Source: an uncultured Ignavibacteriaceae bacterium
GTDB taxonomy: Bacteria > Bacteroidota > Ignavibacteria > Ignavibacteriales > Ignavibacteriaceae
Reading direction: 5' to 3'
Length of the DNA: 42,861 nucleotides
Assembly: GCA_964600655.1 (NCBI GenBank)
Contig: CAZRMA010000001.1
Coordinates: 1-42,861, forward strand
Of this stretch, positions 26,302-35,694 are shown piece by piece (position 1 is the stretch's first letter; every line of letters starts with the position of its first letter). A program made the translations under genes and the position numbers. The notes under the pieces are model-generated. The model worked only from the letters and a program-made list of their open reading frames with translations. It was not told where the DNA came from and searched no databases.

Positions 26302-27957
26302 TTAATTAATATTTTTTTTTAGGGCTTTCCGCAAAACATTTTTAATCAAAATTGTACCCGGTATATCAATTAATAGTGATCCTCCAAATGTTATAGAAGA
26401 TGCAGAAAACATCAAATTTCCATTCGCACTTTCCCTTATAATCATATCCGCTCCTCCCTTATGTTTATTAGTTCCTTTTGCCAAAAGGATAACATCATTT
26501 GGAGCGCTTTTGGTAATCTTATCTGTTTCCCAGCCTGAACCGCCATCGCCTTTTAATGGCGCCATTCCAGGATTTGAAGCTGGCTCAACATTAAAATTTT
26601 TATTTAAATTTGCTTTATAGTTATTTAAACTTTTTTGAGCAAATAATTCCCCCTTCTTTAAATTAGTTCCATTAAAAACCCAGTGATCTGGGGTGATAAC
26701 TTTATAGGAAGCGCAACTACCGTAGCCACGCATATCAAATCTAACACCGATTAATTTTGATTCGTCTTCGGCAGATTCTGCAAATCTTAAACTAACACAG
26801 TGCAAACTACCATCATCAAAAAATTCAATTTCGCGGTATATAGAATTGCCTGATAAATTTAATATTGAACCTCCATCATTATGAAATTCTTTCAAGCCAT
26901 CGAACATCTCTTTACTCCAATATTCACAATGAGTACTTAGTATTATTACATCATAAGTCTTCAAGATATCTGGTTTGGAATGTAATTGATATCCACTAAT
27001 TAAGTCATATTTATAACCTTCCCTCTCAAGCCATGCAAGAATTCTCCATTCACCTGCTGCTAAATGGCTGGTAAATGTTGCTTGCACTGATTCTCCATTA
27101 ATGCTGGCATTAGGATGCGGTCTTTTGATAGATAATCTTTTGAATTGAAAATCTTCCGGGTGATCTTTAATTGTTACAACAGCCTTATCTTTTAATGACT
27201 TTTTCACTAATGATTTTATCGATTCAGGTACAAACCTTAGAGCAAGGACTCTTAATTGACCTAATAATTTATTTGATTTTGGATTTTCAAAATTTCTGTA
27301 CCTGCTGCGTCCACCCCAAATATTATATGTCTGCCAATTATTTGTACTGGCTAAAACCAGAATTTTCGCATTTTTACCGGAGTTTTGAATTGGAGGAGCA
27401 AGAACAAAAGTCATTGAATAATAGAGTGCTTTATTATCACTTTTCAAACTAATGGTATACATTCCGGATCTAAGATTTTCAGGAATAACATAACTAAATG
27501 TTTCTTTCCACGATAATCCATCAGTTACAAAAAAGCCGTCAGGTATATTCTGCGTATTAGGTTTGAAAACACCCAATTCGGTTATTACCTCGGATTTTAG
27601 ACCATGTCGTATTAATTGGGCACGAAAAGGTTCATTAGAATGTATATAAGCTTTAATATTTTCCCCGGGCCTGTATGCGAGTTTATCTAAATAGCCAATT
27701 ATTGAATCTTCCAATAGCCTAACTATTGTTGGCAGCCCATTATTTATCGTTAATGATTTTGTTGAATAACCAGTTTTCTCAAAAACCAAATGATCTGCTT
27801 TTTCATCAATATTTATAGACCATCGACCTTTTTTATCTGTATGCATCAATCCTATTAATTTATCTTTACCATCAAACAAATTAATTTTAACTTCAGCAAT
27901 AGGGGAACAAGTAAATGCTGATTTGACGTATCCTTGAAATATTTTGTTAGCAATCAT
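26302..27957 (-). CDS. N,N-dimethylformamidase-beta-subunit-like (DmfA2-like) domain protein with N-terminal carboxypeptidase-regulatory-like domain; function unknown
   Basis: 551 aa. ILVLASTNNWQTYNIWGGRSRY, YDVIILSTHCEYWSKEMFDGLKEFHNDGGSILNLSGNSIY and GSGWETDK resemble the conserved blocks of that family as I remember them. The N-terminus has a G-x-V...TDKKGRWSI beta-sandwich pattern. No signal peptide is evident. Confidence 0.55.
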   Translation of the reverse strand: MIANKIFQGYVKSAFTCSPIAEVKINLFDGKDKLIGLMHTDKKGRWSINIDEKADHLVFEKTGYSTKSLTINNGLPTIVRLLEDSIIGYLDKLAYRPGENIKAYIHSNEPFRAQLIRHGLKSEVITELGVFKPNTQNIPDGFFVTDGLSWKETFSYVIPENLRSGMYTISLKSDNKALYYSMTFVLAPPIQNSGKNAKILVLASTNNWQTYNIWGGRSRYRNFENPKSNKLLGQLRVLALRFVPESIKSLVKKSLKDKAVVTIKDHPEDFQFKRLSIKRPHPNASINGESVQATFTSHLAAGEWRILAWLEREGYKYDLISGYQLHSKPDILKTYDVIILSTHCEYWSKEMFDGLKEFHNDGGSILNLSGNSIYREIEFFDDGSLHCVSLRFAESAEDESKLIGVRFDMRGYGSCASYKVITPDHWVFNGTNLKKGELFAQKSLNNYKANLNKNFNVEPASNPGMAPLKGDGGSGWETDKITKSAPNDVILLAKGTNKHKGGADMIIRESANGNLMFSASSITFGGSLLIDIPGTILIKNVLRKALKKNIN

Positions 27958-27975
27958 TAAAAATCTAAAAACTCA

Positions 27976-29328
27976 CTAATTATTTTTATTATACAAACCG
28001 ACTAATTTCCTGTAAAGATCTAAAGTGTAAATTTTTTTATCAAAATAAGAATTATGGAAGAGAAATACGAAATTGCCTCCATATTTTTTGGTCGTTTTTA
28101 TTAAATTATCCATACGCGTTAGGAACTCATTCGGGCTAATGTTCTTTTGATATCTCATTAAGGCAAGTTCCATTAATGTTAGAGGCATTTCTTTTAATTT
28201 TAATTTTTTTCTTGTTAATATATTGTAAGCGGAATAAACAGAACAAGTCCCACATCTGAAACCTTCTTTCTCAGCATATCCTACAGTTGAGTCATATTCC
28301 ATATTATTATCATCCCATATTTGCCAGGTTGTTGGAACTTCAAACCTTAAGTAGTGCTGCCTACCACTATTGATTTTTACTCCTGTTGCTTTACAAAGCC
28401 CGTTGTATTCTTCCTGCCACAATTCCGGATTATCGTATGTGTAATAGCTGGGATGAAACCCAATAATATGTCCTCGTCTCTTTATATTATCAAATATTCC
28501 CTGAACTAGTTTGGAATTTACATCAAATCCCCAATCATATTCTGTTTTTTTTGCATTTTGAAAATAAAATTGTGACTTAACCCCTGCCTGTTCGGACAAG
28601 TCCATAAAATAATCATAAACATTTGCGGGATCATATTTATTATTAAATTTATTTATAAAATAAATAAATACATACAATACTGCACCAAGGAAATCTTTAA
28701 ACATTAGTAGATCCCGTCCTGCAGTTTTCGCCAGCATTTTAAGACTAACCAATCTAAGCGGCTGATCAATATCATGAGTAATAGAAAACTCAGGTTTGTT
28801 AAATTTCCTTTCTCCCTTATAGCCTAAAAATTTTAGCATATTCCAAAACATTTCTACATACTCATTTACAAGCGGACGATGCAGAATATTCATTTTACTT
28901 GTTAATGAATTGCTGGCTATAAATCTATTATTTACATCTCTTTCTTTGATAACATATTCCTCCCATCTTGATAAAAGGAAAAATGCCGAAGAAAATATAT
29001 CAAGACCGCAATCTATTTTTTTTTCATCTATCACAAGCTTGTCATCTCCCCAAAGAACAGGAATATCATCTTCAGATGTAAAAGAGTTATTATATTTTTT
29101 AATAGTATCAGGAATATTTTTTGCAGATAAATATGTCAAATCACCAGGGAAATGCTTAAAAAAATGGTCTTCAATTATAATTGTTTTGTCATCAAAAGTT
29201 ATCTCATAATTTGGTTGATCACCTTTTGCTTCCAATGTATATTCAATCCCCAATATCTCATTGAGCATTACAAACAAAGTATATGATTTTTCTTCAACAT
29301 ATTTTGGTGAAATGGATATTATCAACAT
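27976..29328 (-). CDS. Polysaccharide-deacetylase-like protein (divergent NodB/CE4-like C-terminal half, unknown N-terminal domain)
   Basis: 450 aa. SITHDIDQP and IIGFHPSYYTY loosely resemble CE4 motifs 1 and 2. Assignment is tentative. Starts 18 nt after... precisely, its stop lies 18 nt upstream of the next gene's start on the minus strand. Confidence 0.45.
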   Translation of the reverse strand: MLIISISPKYVEEKSYTLFVMLNEILGIEYTLEAKGDQPNYEITFDDKTIIIEDHFFKHFPGDLTYLSAKNIPDTIKKYNNSFTSEDDIPVLWGDDKLVIDEKKIDCGLDIFSSAFFLLSRWEEYVIKERDVNNRFIASNSLTSKMNILHRPLVNEYVEMFWNMLKFLGYKGERKFNKPEFSITHDIDQPLRLVSLKMLAKTAGRDLLMFKDFLGAVLYVFIYFINKFNNKYDPANVYDYFMDLSEQAGVKSQFYFQNAKKTEYDWGFDVNSKLVQGIFDNIKRRGHIIGFHPSYYTYDNPELWQEEYNGLCKATGVKINSGRQHYLRFEVPTTWQIWDDNNMEYDSTVGYAEKEGFRCGTCSVYSAYNILTRKKLKLKEMPLTLMELALMRYQKNISPNEFLTRMDNLIKTTKKYGGNFVFLFHNSYFDKKIYTLDLYRKLVGLYNKNN

Positions 29329-29346
29329 AAAATTAAATTATAATTA

Positions 29347-30036
29347 TTAGATTTTATTAAGTGCGGCAAGTGCTAATCCTTTAGCAATCCCCTTTAGGTT
29401 TTTCTTTTTAACATTCTTAATTGTTTGGCTCATCCAGTAGTTTCTTTTAGAAGTATACTTGGTTTGTTTATCTTTTAATTCTAAATTTTCATTAAATATA
29501 AAAAAAGTATTTAATAATTCTTTTTTTAAATGAGCGTCTGTACCAATTATTTCCTTTTTATCGGTTAAACTATCCGCTAATTCTTGAGCAAAACCATTCA
29601 ATTTTTCATTTAATCTAGCATTAAATATTTCAATAAAATCAATTTTTTTTAAGAAATTGGATTCGTGAATCTTAAATAAGTTATGATATTTGTAAGGATG
29701 AGGAATACATACAAAGCCACCTTGATTTTTAATTTTATCAATAACCTTTATATGATCATAATCCTGAATTTCTTCTTTTAAAGGAAACCCAATTATATCA
29801 CCAATATCCGTATATACCTCTTCCCCAATAATGACATTTATTTTATTATCATACTTGGTCCTTGCATATTGTTTTGCCTCTTTTGCTCCGCGAATGGAAT
29901 TATGATCAGTAATAATAACATTATCTATATTCGCTTTAACCAAGATATCAATTATAGCTGAAGGCTCCAAAAAGGAATCCTGGGAATATTTTGTATGTAA
30001 ATGAAAAACTGTTTTTGAATTAATTAATTTTTCCAT
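29347..30036 (-). CDS. PHP-domain metal-dependent phosphoesterase
   Basis: 229 aa. FHLHTKYSQDS (HxH), IITDHNSIRG, GEEV, IPHPY and GTDAH form the PHP histidine/aspartate pattern. Its start overlaps the ATP-grasp gene's stop by 17 nt. Confidence 0.75.
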   Translation of the reverse strand: MEKLINSKTVFHLHTKYSQDSFLEPSAIIDILVKANIDNVIITDHNSIRGAKEAKQYARTKYDNKINVIIGEEVYTDIGDIIGFPLKEEIQDYDHIKVIDKIKNQGGFVCIPHPYKYHNLFKIHESNFLKKIDFIEIFNARLNEKLNGFAQELADSLTDKKEIIGTDAHLKKELLNTFFIFNENLELKDKQTKYTSKRNYWMSQTIKNVKKKNLKGIAKGLALAALNKI

Positions 30037-31225
30037 GTGGATATCTTTTTTCTGTTAATACTTTAAAAATAGTTAACAATAAATTGAAAATTATAGTTAA
30101 CGGATCGGTCCAATATAAGTTATTATATATTTTAATTTTCTTTTTAATAAGCCTGAAATTTTCTCTTTGTTCTTTAGAAGTAAATAATTTCCATAGATAA
30201 TCATCAGGTAAAATCCATCTAAAGTAAACATTTTCCTTGTAAGTCTGTGGTGGCGCTTCAAGTGGTTTATCCATTGCAATCAAATAATTAATGTAAGGAA
30301 AATTTATACCTGCCCGATAGCTTAACTCAAGGGATCCCCAGTACTTAGGATTAATTTCCATTAATTTATAGGTTTCATTAATGATATCTTTTTTAAATTC
30401 GACCATTGCGACGCCTTGCCAATTTAGTCCTTCAAGTACCTTTGTACCCATTTCTTTTAATTTATCATTATAAATACTTTTAGCAAATGAACTTGATCCT
30501 CCTGTTACAGGATATTCATGAATTCTTTCATGGATAAAATAATTAATGCACTTACCATCTTTAAAAATGCCATAAAATCCGGTTCCAGGCCCGGAGACAT
30601 ATTCCTGAACTATCGGATACGATGCATTTGAAGCACGGGAAGCCATAATAATTTTAAGTTTATTAGTTAATTCATCTTTATTGTTGCAATAAACCACGCC
30701 GGCTTCAAAAAAATTTGTTTTTTTAACCACACAAGGAAAAGTAACTTTCACTACTATCTTTTCAATATCATCAACAGAATTTAAATAGTACGTCCCTGGA
30801 ATTGGTACGCTTATTTTTTCAGCAAATTTAAAAGTCATTTCTTTATTTTGGGCAACCTGCATGCAATCCTTATCCACAACTAATAATCTTGTGTGTTTTT
30901 CCAATTCATCTTTATAATTTGACGCAAAATGAAATGACATATTACCGACCGGAATAAAAACATCGATTTTATTGCTTTTTAAAATACTAATAACTTCATT
31001 CTTATAAGATTCTAATTCTTCGACGGAAGAATTTTTTAACAAATTAGATTTTATAAAAAATCTTTTGTCAACAAACCTTGAATAGATGGACATCGAATGC
31101 AGAGAATTAAATATTATGCCTACTTTTAATCCCTTTTCTTTAAGCGCTCTTAAAATAGCATAAGTATTTTTATATTCTCCGTCCGTTAGAAGCACATCCA
31201 ATTTTACCATTAATAAACCTGACAT
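30020..31225 (-). CDS. ATP-grasp domain ligase (substrate unknown)
   Basis: 401 aa. Pre-ATP-grasp Rossmann-like N-terminus. FPCVVKK, VQEYVSGPGTGFYGIFKDGK, HERIHEYPVTGGSSSFA and GVAMVEFKKD....YKLMEINPKYWGS are typical of ATP-grasp folds. Confidence 0.75.
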   Translation of the reverse strand: MSGLLMVKLDVLLTDGEYKNTYAILRALKEKGLKVGIIFNSLHSMSIYSRFVDKRFFIKSNLLKNSSVEELESYKNEVISILKSNKIDVFIPVGNMSFHFASNYKDELEKHTRLLVVDKDCMQVAQNKEMTFKFAEKISVPIPGTYYLNSVDDIEKIVVKVTFPCVVKKTNFFEAGVVYCNNKDELTNKLKIIMASRASNASYPIVQEYVSGPGTGFYGIFKDGKCINYFIHERIHEYPVTGGSSSFAKSIYNDKLKEMGTKVLEGLNWQGVAMVEFKKDIINETYKLMEINPKYWGSLELSYRAGINFPYINYLIAMDKPLEAPPQTYKENVYFRWILPDDYLWKLFTSKEQRENFRLIKKKIKIYNNLYWTDPLTIIFNLLLTIFKVLTEKRYPHGKIN

Positions 31226-31287
31226 TATTTAAAACTAACTTTTATTTAACCGATCAATTGTAAACTAAACAACTAAATAGTTTTAGT

Positions 31288-32451
31288 TTATTGAATCGAT
31301 TTTGTACAATCAATAAGTACTCCCTGATACTTTTCAGTAATATAATTTGAATTAAAAATATTAAATTCGCCGGCTTCCTTTAATTTTTTAATGTGTTGTC
31401 TATACTTATCCCCATTTTTAATGAGATCAAGAATTCCGTCTTTTATAGATACTATCGATTTGGGATCCACACCGACACCGACATTATCAAAAAAACCATC
31501 GAAGCCCAGATATCCCCGGGAGTACATAATTGGAGTACCGTTCTGCAAAGCTTCAGCATATACCATACCAAAAGACTCGCTAAGACTTGGAAGTAGGAAA
31601 GCTTCAGTATGCGCATAGTATTTATCTATATTACTATTTTCAATTTTCCCGAGGAAAGATATTCGGTTAGCAAGTTCCATTTCATGAACCAATTGTTCGA
31701 CAATTGGCCTGTGTGCTCCATCGCCAATAATTTTTAGTTTAATCTCATTATCATTTATTAACTTAAATGACTCCAATAACCTCTTAATATTTTTTCTTTT
31801 AACAATTTTTTTCTCCATAATCAAAATTGTTAAGAAGGTTTTCTTTTCGACTTTCGACTCGGAAATATTTCCACCCTTATCTATTGGATTGGGTATTAAT
31901 ATTGTTTTGGGTTTAATGTACTTTTCATAATAATCTTTACCCAGATATTTTTCAATTTCTATCAGCATTTGTGGGATTAGGTAAATTACCTTATTACAGT
32001 CAATCAATATTTGCTTAAAATATTTCCTCAGCAATATCTTGTATTTCAAAACTCCAATATCAGTTTGTCTTAAAGTAACGATGAATGGCTTTTGAATTAA
32101 CTTTGCAATTTTATATCCGATGGAACCGTCAAAAGTTAATTTATGTGAATGAATAAGATCTATAGTATTTATATTAAATTTCCCTTCGTCAACTACTTTT
32201 TTTATTTTCTTGTAAGCTCTGTTTTGGGTTAAATTAAAAAATAAGCCAAAAGGTAAGCCAAAAGAATTTATAATTAAATAATTGGGTGATTTTAATTCTA
32301 CCTTCTCTTCCTTAAATGTTGAAACTCTTACTATATCAACTATCCATACCTTGGCAAATGACTTGTTGCATTCGATTAATCTTTTAACTGCTGTAGTTTT
32401 ATCCCTGTTATATCTATCTCTAAGATCATAAGAAACATGTAAGATATTCAT
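31288..32451 (-). CDS. Family 4 (GT-B) glycosyltransferase
   Basis: 387 aa. The C-terminal FLLPSLSESFGMVYAEALQNGTPIMYS is the GT4 E-x7-E region. Confidence 0.8.
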   Translation of the reverse strand: MNILHVSYDLRDRYNRDKTTAVKRLIECNKSFAKVWIVDIVRVSTFKEEKVELKSPNYLIINSFGLPFGLFFNLTQNRAYKKIKKVVDEGKFNINTIDLIHSHKLTFDGSIGYKIAKLIQKPFIVTLRQTDIGVLKYKILLRKYFKQILIDCNKVIYLIPQMLIEIEKYLGKDYYEKYIKPKTILIPNPIDKGGNISESKVEKKTFLTILIMEKKIVKRKNIKRLLESFKLINDNEIKLKIIGDGAHRPIVEQLVHEMELANRISFLGKIENSNIDKYYAHTEAFLLPSLSESFGMVYAEALQNGTPIMYSRGYLGFDGFFDNVGVGVDPKSIVSIKDGILDLIKNGDKYRQHIKKLKEAGEFNIFNSNYITEKYQGVLIDCTKSIQ

Positions 32452-32647
32452 AATAAATTTGCTTATAGTAAAGAAAAATCAATTTCAGGTTAAATTATTA
32501 AATTGCTAATTATTTGTACGGGAATATTTATGATCAATTATGCTCTATAATAATATTAATAATTATTCTATAAAAAATATTTTATATATCTGTTATGTTA
32601 AGTTATAAGTTAATTGTAATTATATTCTTATGAGTAAATATACAAGA

Positions 32648-32664
32648 GCAGAATTTCATTCTGC
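32648..32664 (-). terminator. Perfect 7 bp hairpin between wzx and the downstream GT4 gene
   Basis: gcagaat-ttc-attctgc. On the minus strand it is followed by a T-rich stretch (tcttgtatattt), 114 nt after the wzx stop. It may be a partial terminator or an RNA processing site. Confidence 0.35.
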
Positions 32665-32777
32665 CAGTCTTTGTCAAAATCACTTTACTCATGCGTCCTA
32701 CATAAATAAGAGCATTAGGGGATTTACACGAATAATGTATTTTTCATCGCTTAAAAGTGATTTTATGTATTCATTTA

Positions 32778-34229
32778 TCAAACGGTCCTTTTTCTCAATT
32801 TAAAATTCCTAAGAGTGAATAAAAATAATTTTTTGAATTCTTCAACTACATACCAATTAATTATTATAAATAATACAGCAATTGAGATTTTAATTAAAAT
32901 ATTATTTGTAGGAATAATTAAATAAACTCCAATTAAAGTGAGAGCAATTATTAATGGGGTTAGATACTTTTTAACATTTACATTAATATTTTCTTTTCTA
33001 AGGTACATATAGGAAAGGATTTGAGAAGTAATATTCATAATCATTAATGAACTGACAGCTCCTAATACACCATACGCTGGAATTAATAAAATTCCTCCAC
33101 CGATGCTTAATATACTTGAAATAGTTCCAACTTTTACAGGTGCTGATGAATTACCGGCAGAGATTAAAGAAGAACCCATGATATGGGAAATTGAACTAAA
33201 ATAGAAGACTAAAATCATCAGTGAAAATGGAAGCGCGGTTGCAAGATATCTCACTGAAAAGAATAATGTCACAATTTCTTCCTTAAAAAGAAATGAGATA
33301 AAAAACAGAGTACTAACAACCAGTGATAAACTGGTTATCGATTTGTTAATTAGCTGAACTGCCTGACCCTTTTCACCCTTAGAAAACAAAGTTGATAAGT
33401 TGGGAAAATACACAAATGTAAATGATAAAAATATCTTTCTGCAAGCTTCAGAAATCTTGCAAGCAACATCATAATATGCTATGCTAATCGGTGTTAGGAA
33501 AATTCCTATAATAAAAACGTTAATTCTATCGTATATTGAGTTTAAAATATTATTTAAGTAAAGTGGCAAACTAAATTTTATTATTCTTAAATAATTTTCC
33601 TTAGTAGATTTGTAAGCTGTTAACGACTTAAAAGGAATGACAATTATCTGATGAAGTAATGGCTGAACAGTGCATAATATTTCAATAAAAATAAGGTTAG
33701 TTAAATCAAGCTTATTTAAATAATAGTACAAGAAAGTAATTATTATTCTGAAAAATGATGAAAATGCATTTACATACGCATATTGCCTGAAATATTTCAG
33801 GCCTTGCAATAATTTATAAAACAAATCTCTATAATTGGAAAATATAATAAGAAGGATAATAGGGAAAAGATACTTGTTCAAATCATCGTTGAAGAAGTGA
33901 AGTACGAAATCTCCCAATAGATAGAATATAATACAAATAAAAAATAGCTGGACTGACCTTAATAATAGAACAGGTATAAGCGTGCTTCCCTTTTCCTCTT
34001 CGATTGCGCTTGAAATAGATTTAACCAGCGTTAGTTCCAACCCAAAACCACCCAGTATATTGAATAAGTTTACAACTGCAACTATCAGAATATACAGTCC
34101 ATATTCTCTGGCCGGCAAAAACCTGGTGAGAATAATGATCGTTAAAAATTGAAAAAACATACTTATAAAAGTACCGAGCGAGGTTGCGACTGATCCTTTT
34201 ACAAAGTCTTTTTTAAATTGATTATCCAT
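32778..34229 (-). CDS. wzx: Wzx-type polysaccharide flippase (MOP/PST family)
   Basis: 483 aa with about 12-14 hydrophobic segments. The N-terminal FKKDFVKGSVATSLGTFISMFFQFLTIIILTRFLPAREYGLY pattern is typical of PST-family flippases. Confidence 0.8.
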   Translation of the reverse strand: MDNQFKKDFVKGSVATSLGTFISMFFQFLTIIILTRFLPAREYGLYILIVAVVNLFNILGGFGLELTLVKSISSAIEEEKGSTLIPVLLLRSVQLFFICIIFYLLGDFVLHFFNDDLNKYLFPIILLIIFSNYRDLFYKLLQGLKYFRQYAYVNAFSSFFRIIITFLYYYLNKLDLTNLIFIEILCTVQPLLHQIIVIPFKSLTAYKSTKENYLRIIKFSLPLYLNNILNSIYDRINVFIIGIFLTPISIAYYDVACKISEACRKIFLSFTFVYFPNLSTLFSKGEKGQAVQLINKSITSLSLVVSTLFFISFLFKEEIVTLFFSVRYLATALPFSLMILVFYFSSISHIMGSSLISAGNSSAPVKVGTISSILSIGGGILLIPAYGVLGAVSSLMIMNITSQILSYMYLRKENINVNVKKYLTPLIIALTLIGVYLIIPTNNILIKISIAVLFIIINWYVVEEFKKLFLFTLRNFKLRKRTV

Positions 34230-34481
34230 ATTCGATAAAATCCAGCTAGTAAACCCTAAATATAATTTTTATAATTTCTTGTTATTAAATTTACTCTTTA
34301 ATAGAACGCTTAACTAATAATAATTTTTATAAGAAAATAATCTTAATTTATTAATTTGATGCAGACGGCATTAGTATATTCCTGCACTGCTTAACTAAGA
34401 TTATATTTAGTTCTTTTGGTTTTGGAATAACTTAAATATTGATTTTTGCAGAAAATATTTAAAATGCTTCAAATGGGATTC

Positions 34482-35675
34482 TTATGTTGTTAAGATTAAA
34501 TTATCAATTAAATTAGTATATCTTGTACCCATAATCTCCCAGGAAATTTTTGAAATGCTAGAATAGGCTTCATTTATTCTTAATTTTCTTAATTCAGGAT
34601 ATAAACATAATTCAACTATTTTATCTGCGAATTCCTCCGGTTTTCCGGAATTAACATAGCTAATGCTATCTCTACTGAATGACAATGCAACTGTATTTAA
34701 ATATGTGCTGACAATGGGAATTCCAACTGCTGCATATTCACAAGCTTTTGTTGGCAGTGCCAAATGCATATATAAACTATTGACATAAGGAACTACTCCA
34801 ATATCAGAATCGCATAAAATTTCAGGAATTGCATGGCCATCAAAGTCACCATTTAGTTTAACATTTTCTTCTAATTTTAATTCACTGATTTTATCAGTAA
34901 GATAGCTTTTATAGCCGCTGTCATAATCTCCAAATACATTAAATACGCTGCCGGGTATTTTTTCTTTTACAAATTTCATTGCTTCAACTATTAAATGAAC
35001 ACCAAACCTATAAGCAACCGTACCAGGATAAACAATTTTAGCTCCTTCATTAATTACCGAGAAGTTATTTTTTGATTGAAATTTAAAAACATTCTGATTG
35101 GGAGTATTTAAAATTAAAGTAATTTTATCCGGTGAAACACCTCTTAAAACCAATTTTTCTTTGCAGCCTTCCGTAACAGTAATAATATGATCGGCAAAGG
35201 AACAGGAAATCTTTTCAACTATTGCAACAATTTTTTTTATTAACATATGCCGTGAACCCGGCCATTTTTCTTCAAACAATTCTAAAGTAAGATCATGAAT
35301 ATCCAATATAATAGGTATTTTCAAAAATTTTTGAACAATCGTTACAAATATTAAATGATCCGGCATATTATGAATCTGAATAAGCGAATATTTCTTTTTG
35401 AAATGAAGTTGCTGCAATTTGAAGAACGATTTAATCATAAATAAAGTGGAATAAAATAAATAGCTAAAAAGTTTCTCTTTAGTCAGGTATTTTTGAACCC
35501 TATATGCAGTAACATTACCTAATTTTTCAACCTTGCTTAAATTATCTAGTTGCACAGATATAATATCAATTTCATACCCTTTTTTTTCTAACTCTTCCGC
35601 TTCTCTTCTTACTCTCACATCCGCCGGGTAGGCAGACATAGTCACCATACAAATTTTTTTTTTCTTAATTGCCAT
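34482..35675 (-). CDS. Family 4 (GT-B) glycosyltransferase
   Basis: 397 aa. KICMVTMSAYPADVRVRREAEEL is a GT4 N-terminal pattern, and GVVPYVNSLYMHLALPTKACEYAAVGIPIVST is the C-terminal nucleotide-sugar-binding region. The start may instead be the downstream Met (MVTMS). Confidence 0.7.
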   Translation of the reverse strand: MAIKKKKICMVTMSAYPADVRVRREAEELEKKGYEIDIISVQLDNLSKVEKLGNVTAYRVQKYLTKEKLFSYLFYSTLFMIKSFFKLQQLHFKKKYSLIQIHNMPDHLIFVTIVQKFLKIPIILDIHDLTLELFEEKWPGSRHMLIKKIVAIVEKISCSFADHIITVTEGCKEKLVLRGVSPDKITLILNTPNQNVFKFQSKNNFSVINEGAKIVYPGTVAYRFGVHLIVEAMKFVKEKIPGSVFNVFGDYDSGYKSYLTDKISELKLEENVKLNGDFDGHAIPEILCDSDIGVVPYVNSLYMHLALPTKACEYAAVGIPIVSTYLNTVALSFSRDSISYVNSGKPEEFADKIVELCLYPELRKLRINEAYSSISKISWEIMGTRYTNLIDNLILTT

Positions 35676-35694
35676 AGTTATGTTAATAGACTTA

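Noticed and set aside
35654-35663. A10 homopolymer (coding strand) at codons 4-7 of the GT4 gene 34482..35675, a possible slipped-strand phase-variation tract
   Set aside because: A9-A10 runs encoding Lys-Lys-Lys occur in several other CDSs here, for example about 15333-15341 in wbpB and about 29026-29034 in the deacetylase-like gene. The tract is therefore unexceptional for this AT-rich genome. A downstream in-frame Met may be the true start. It would only be worth checking if population reads show length variation.
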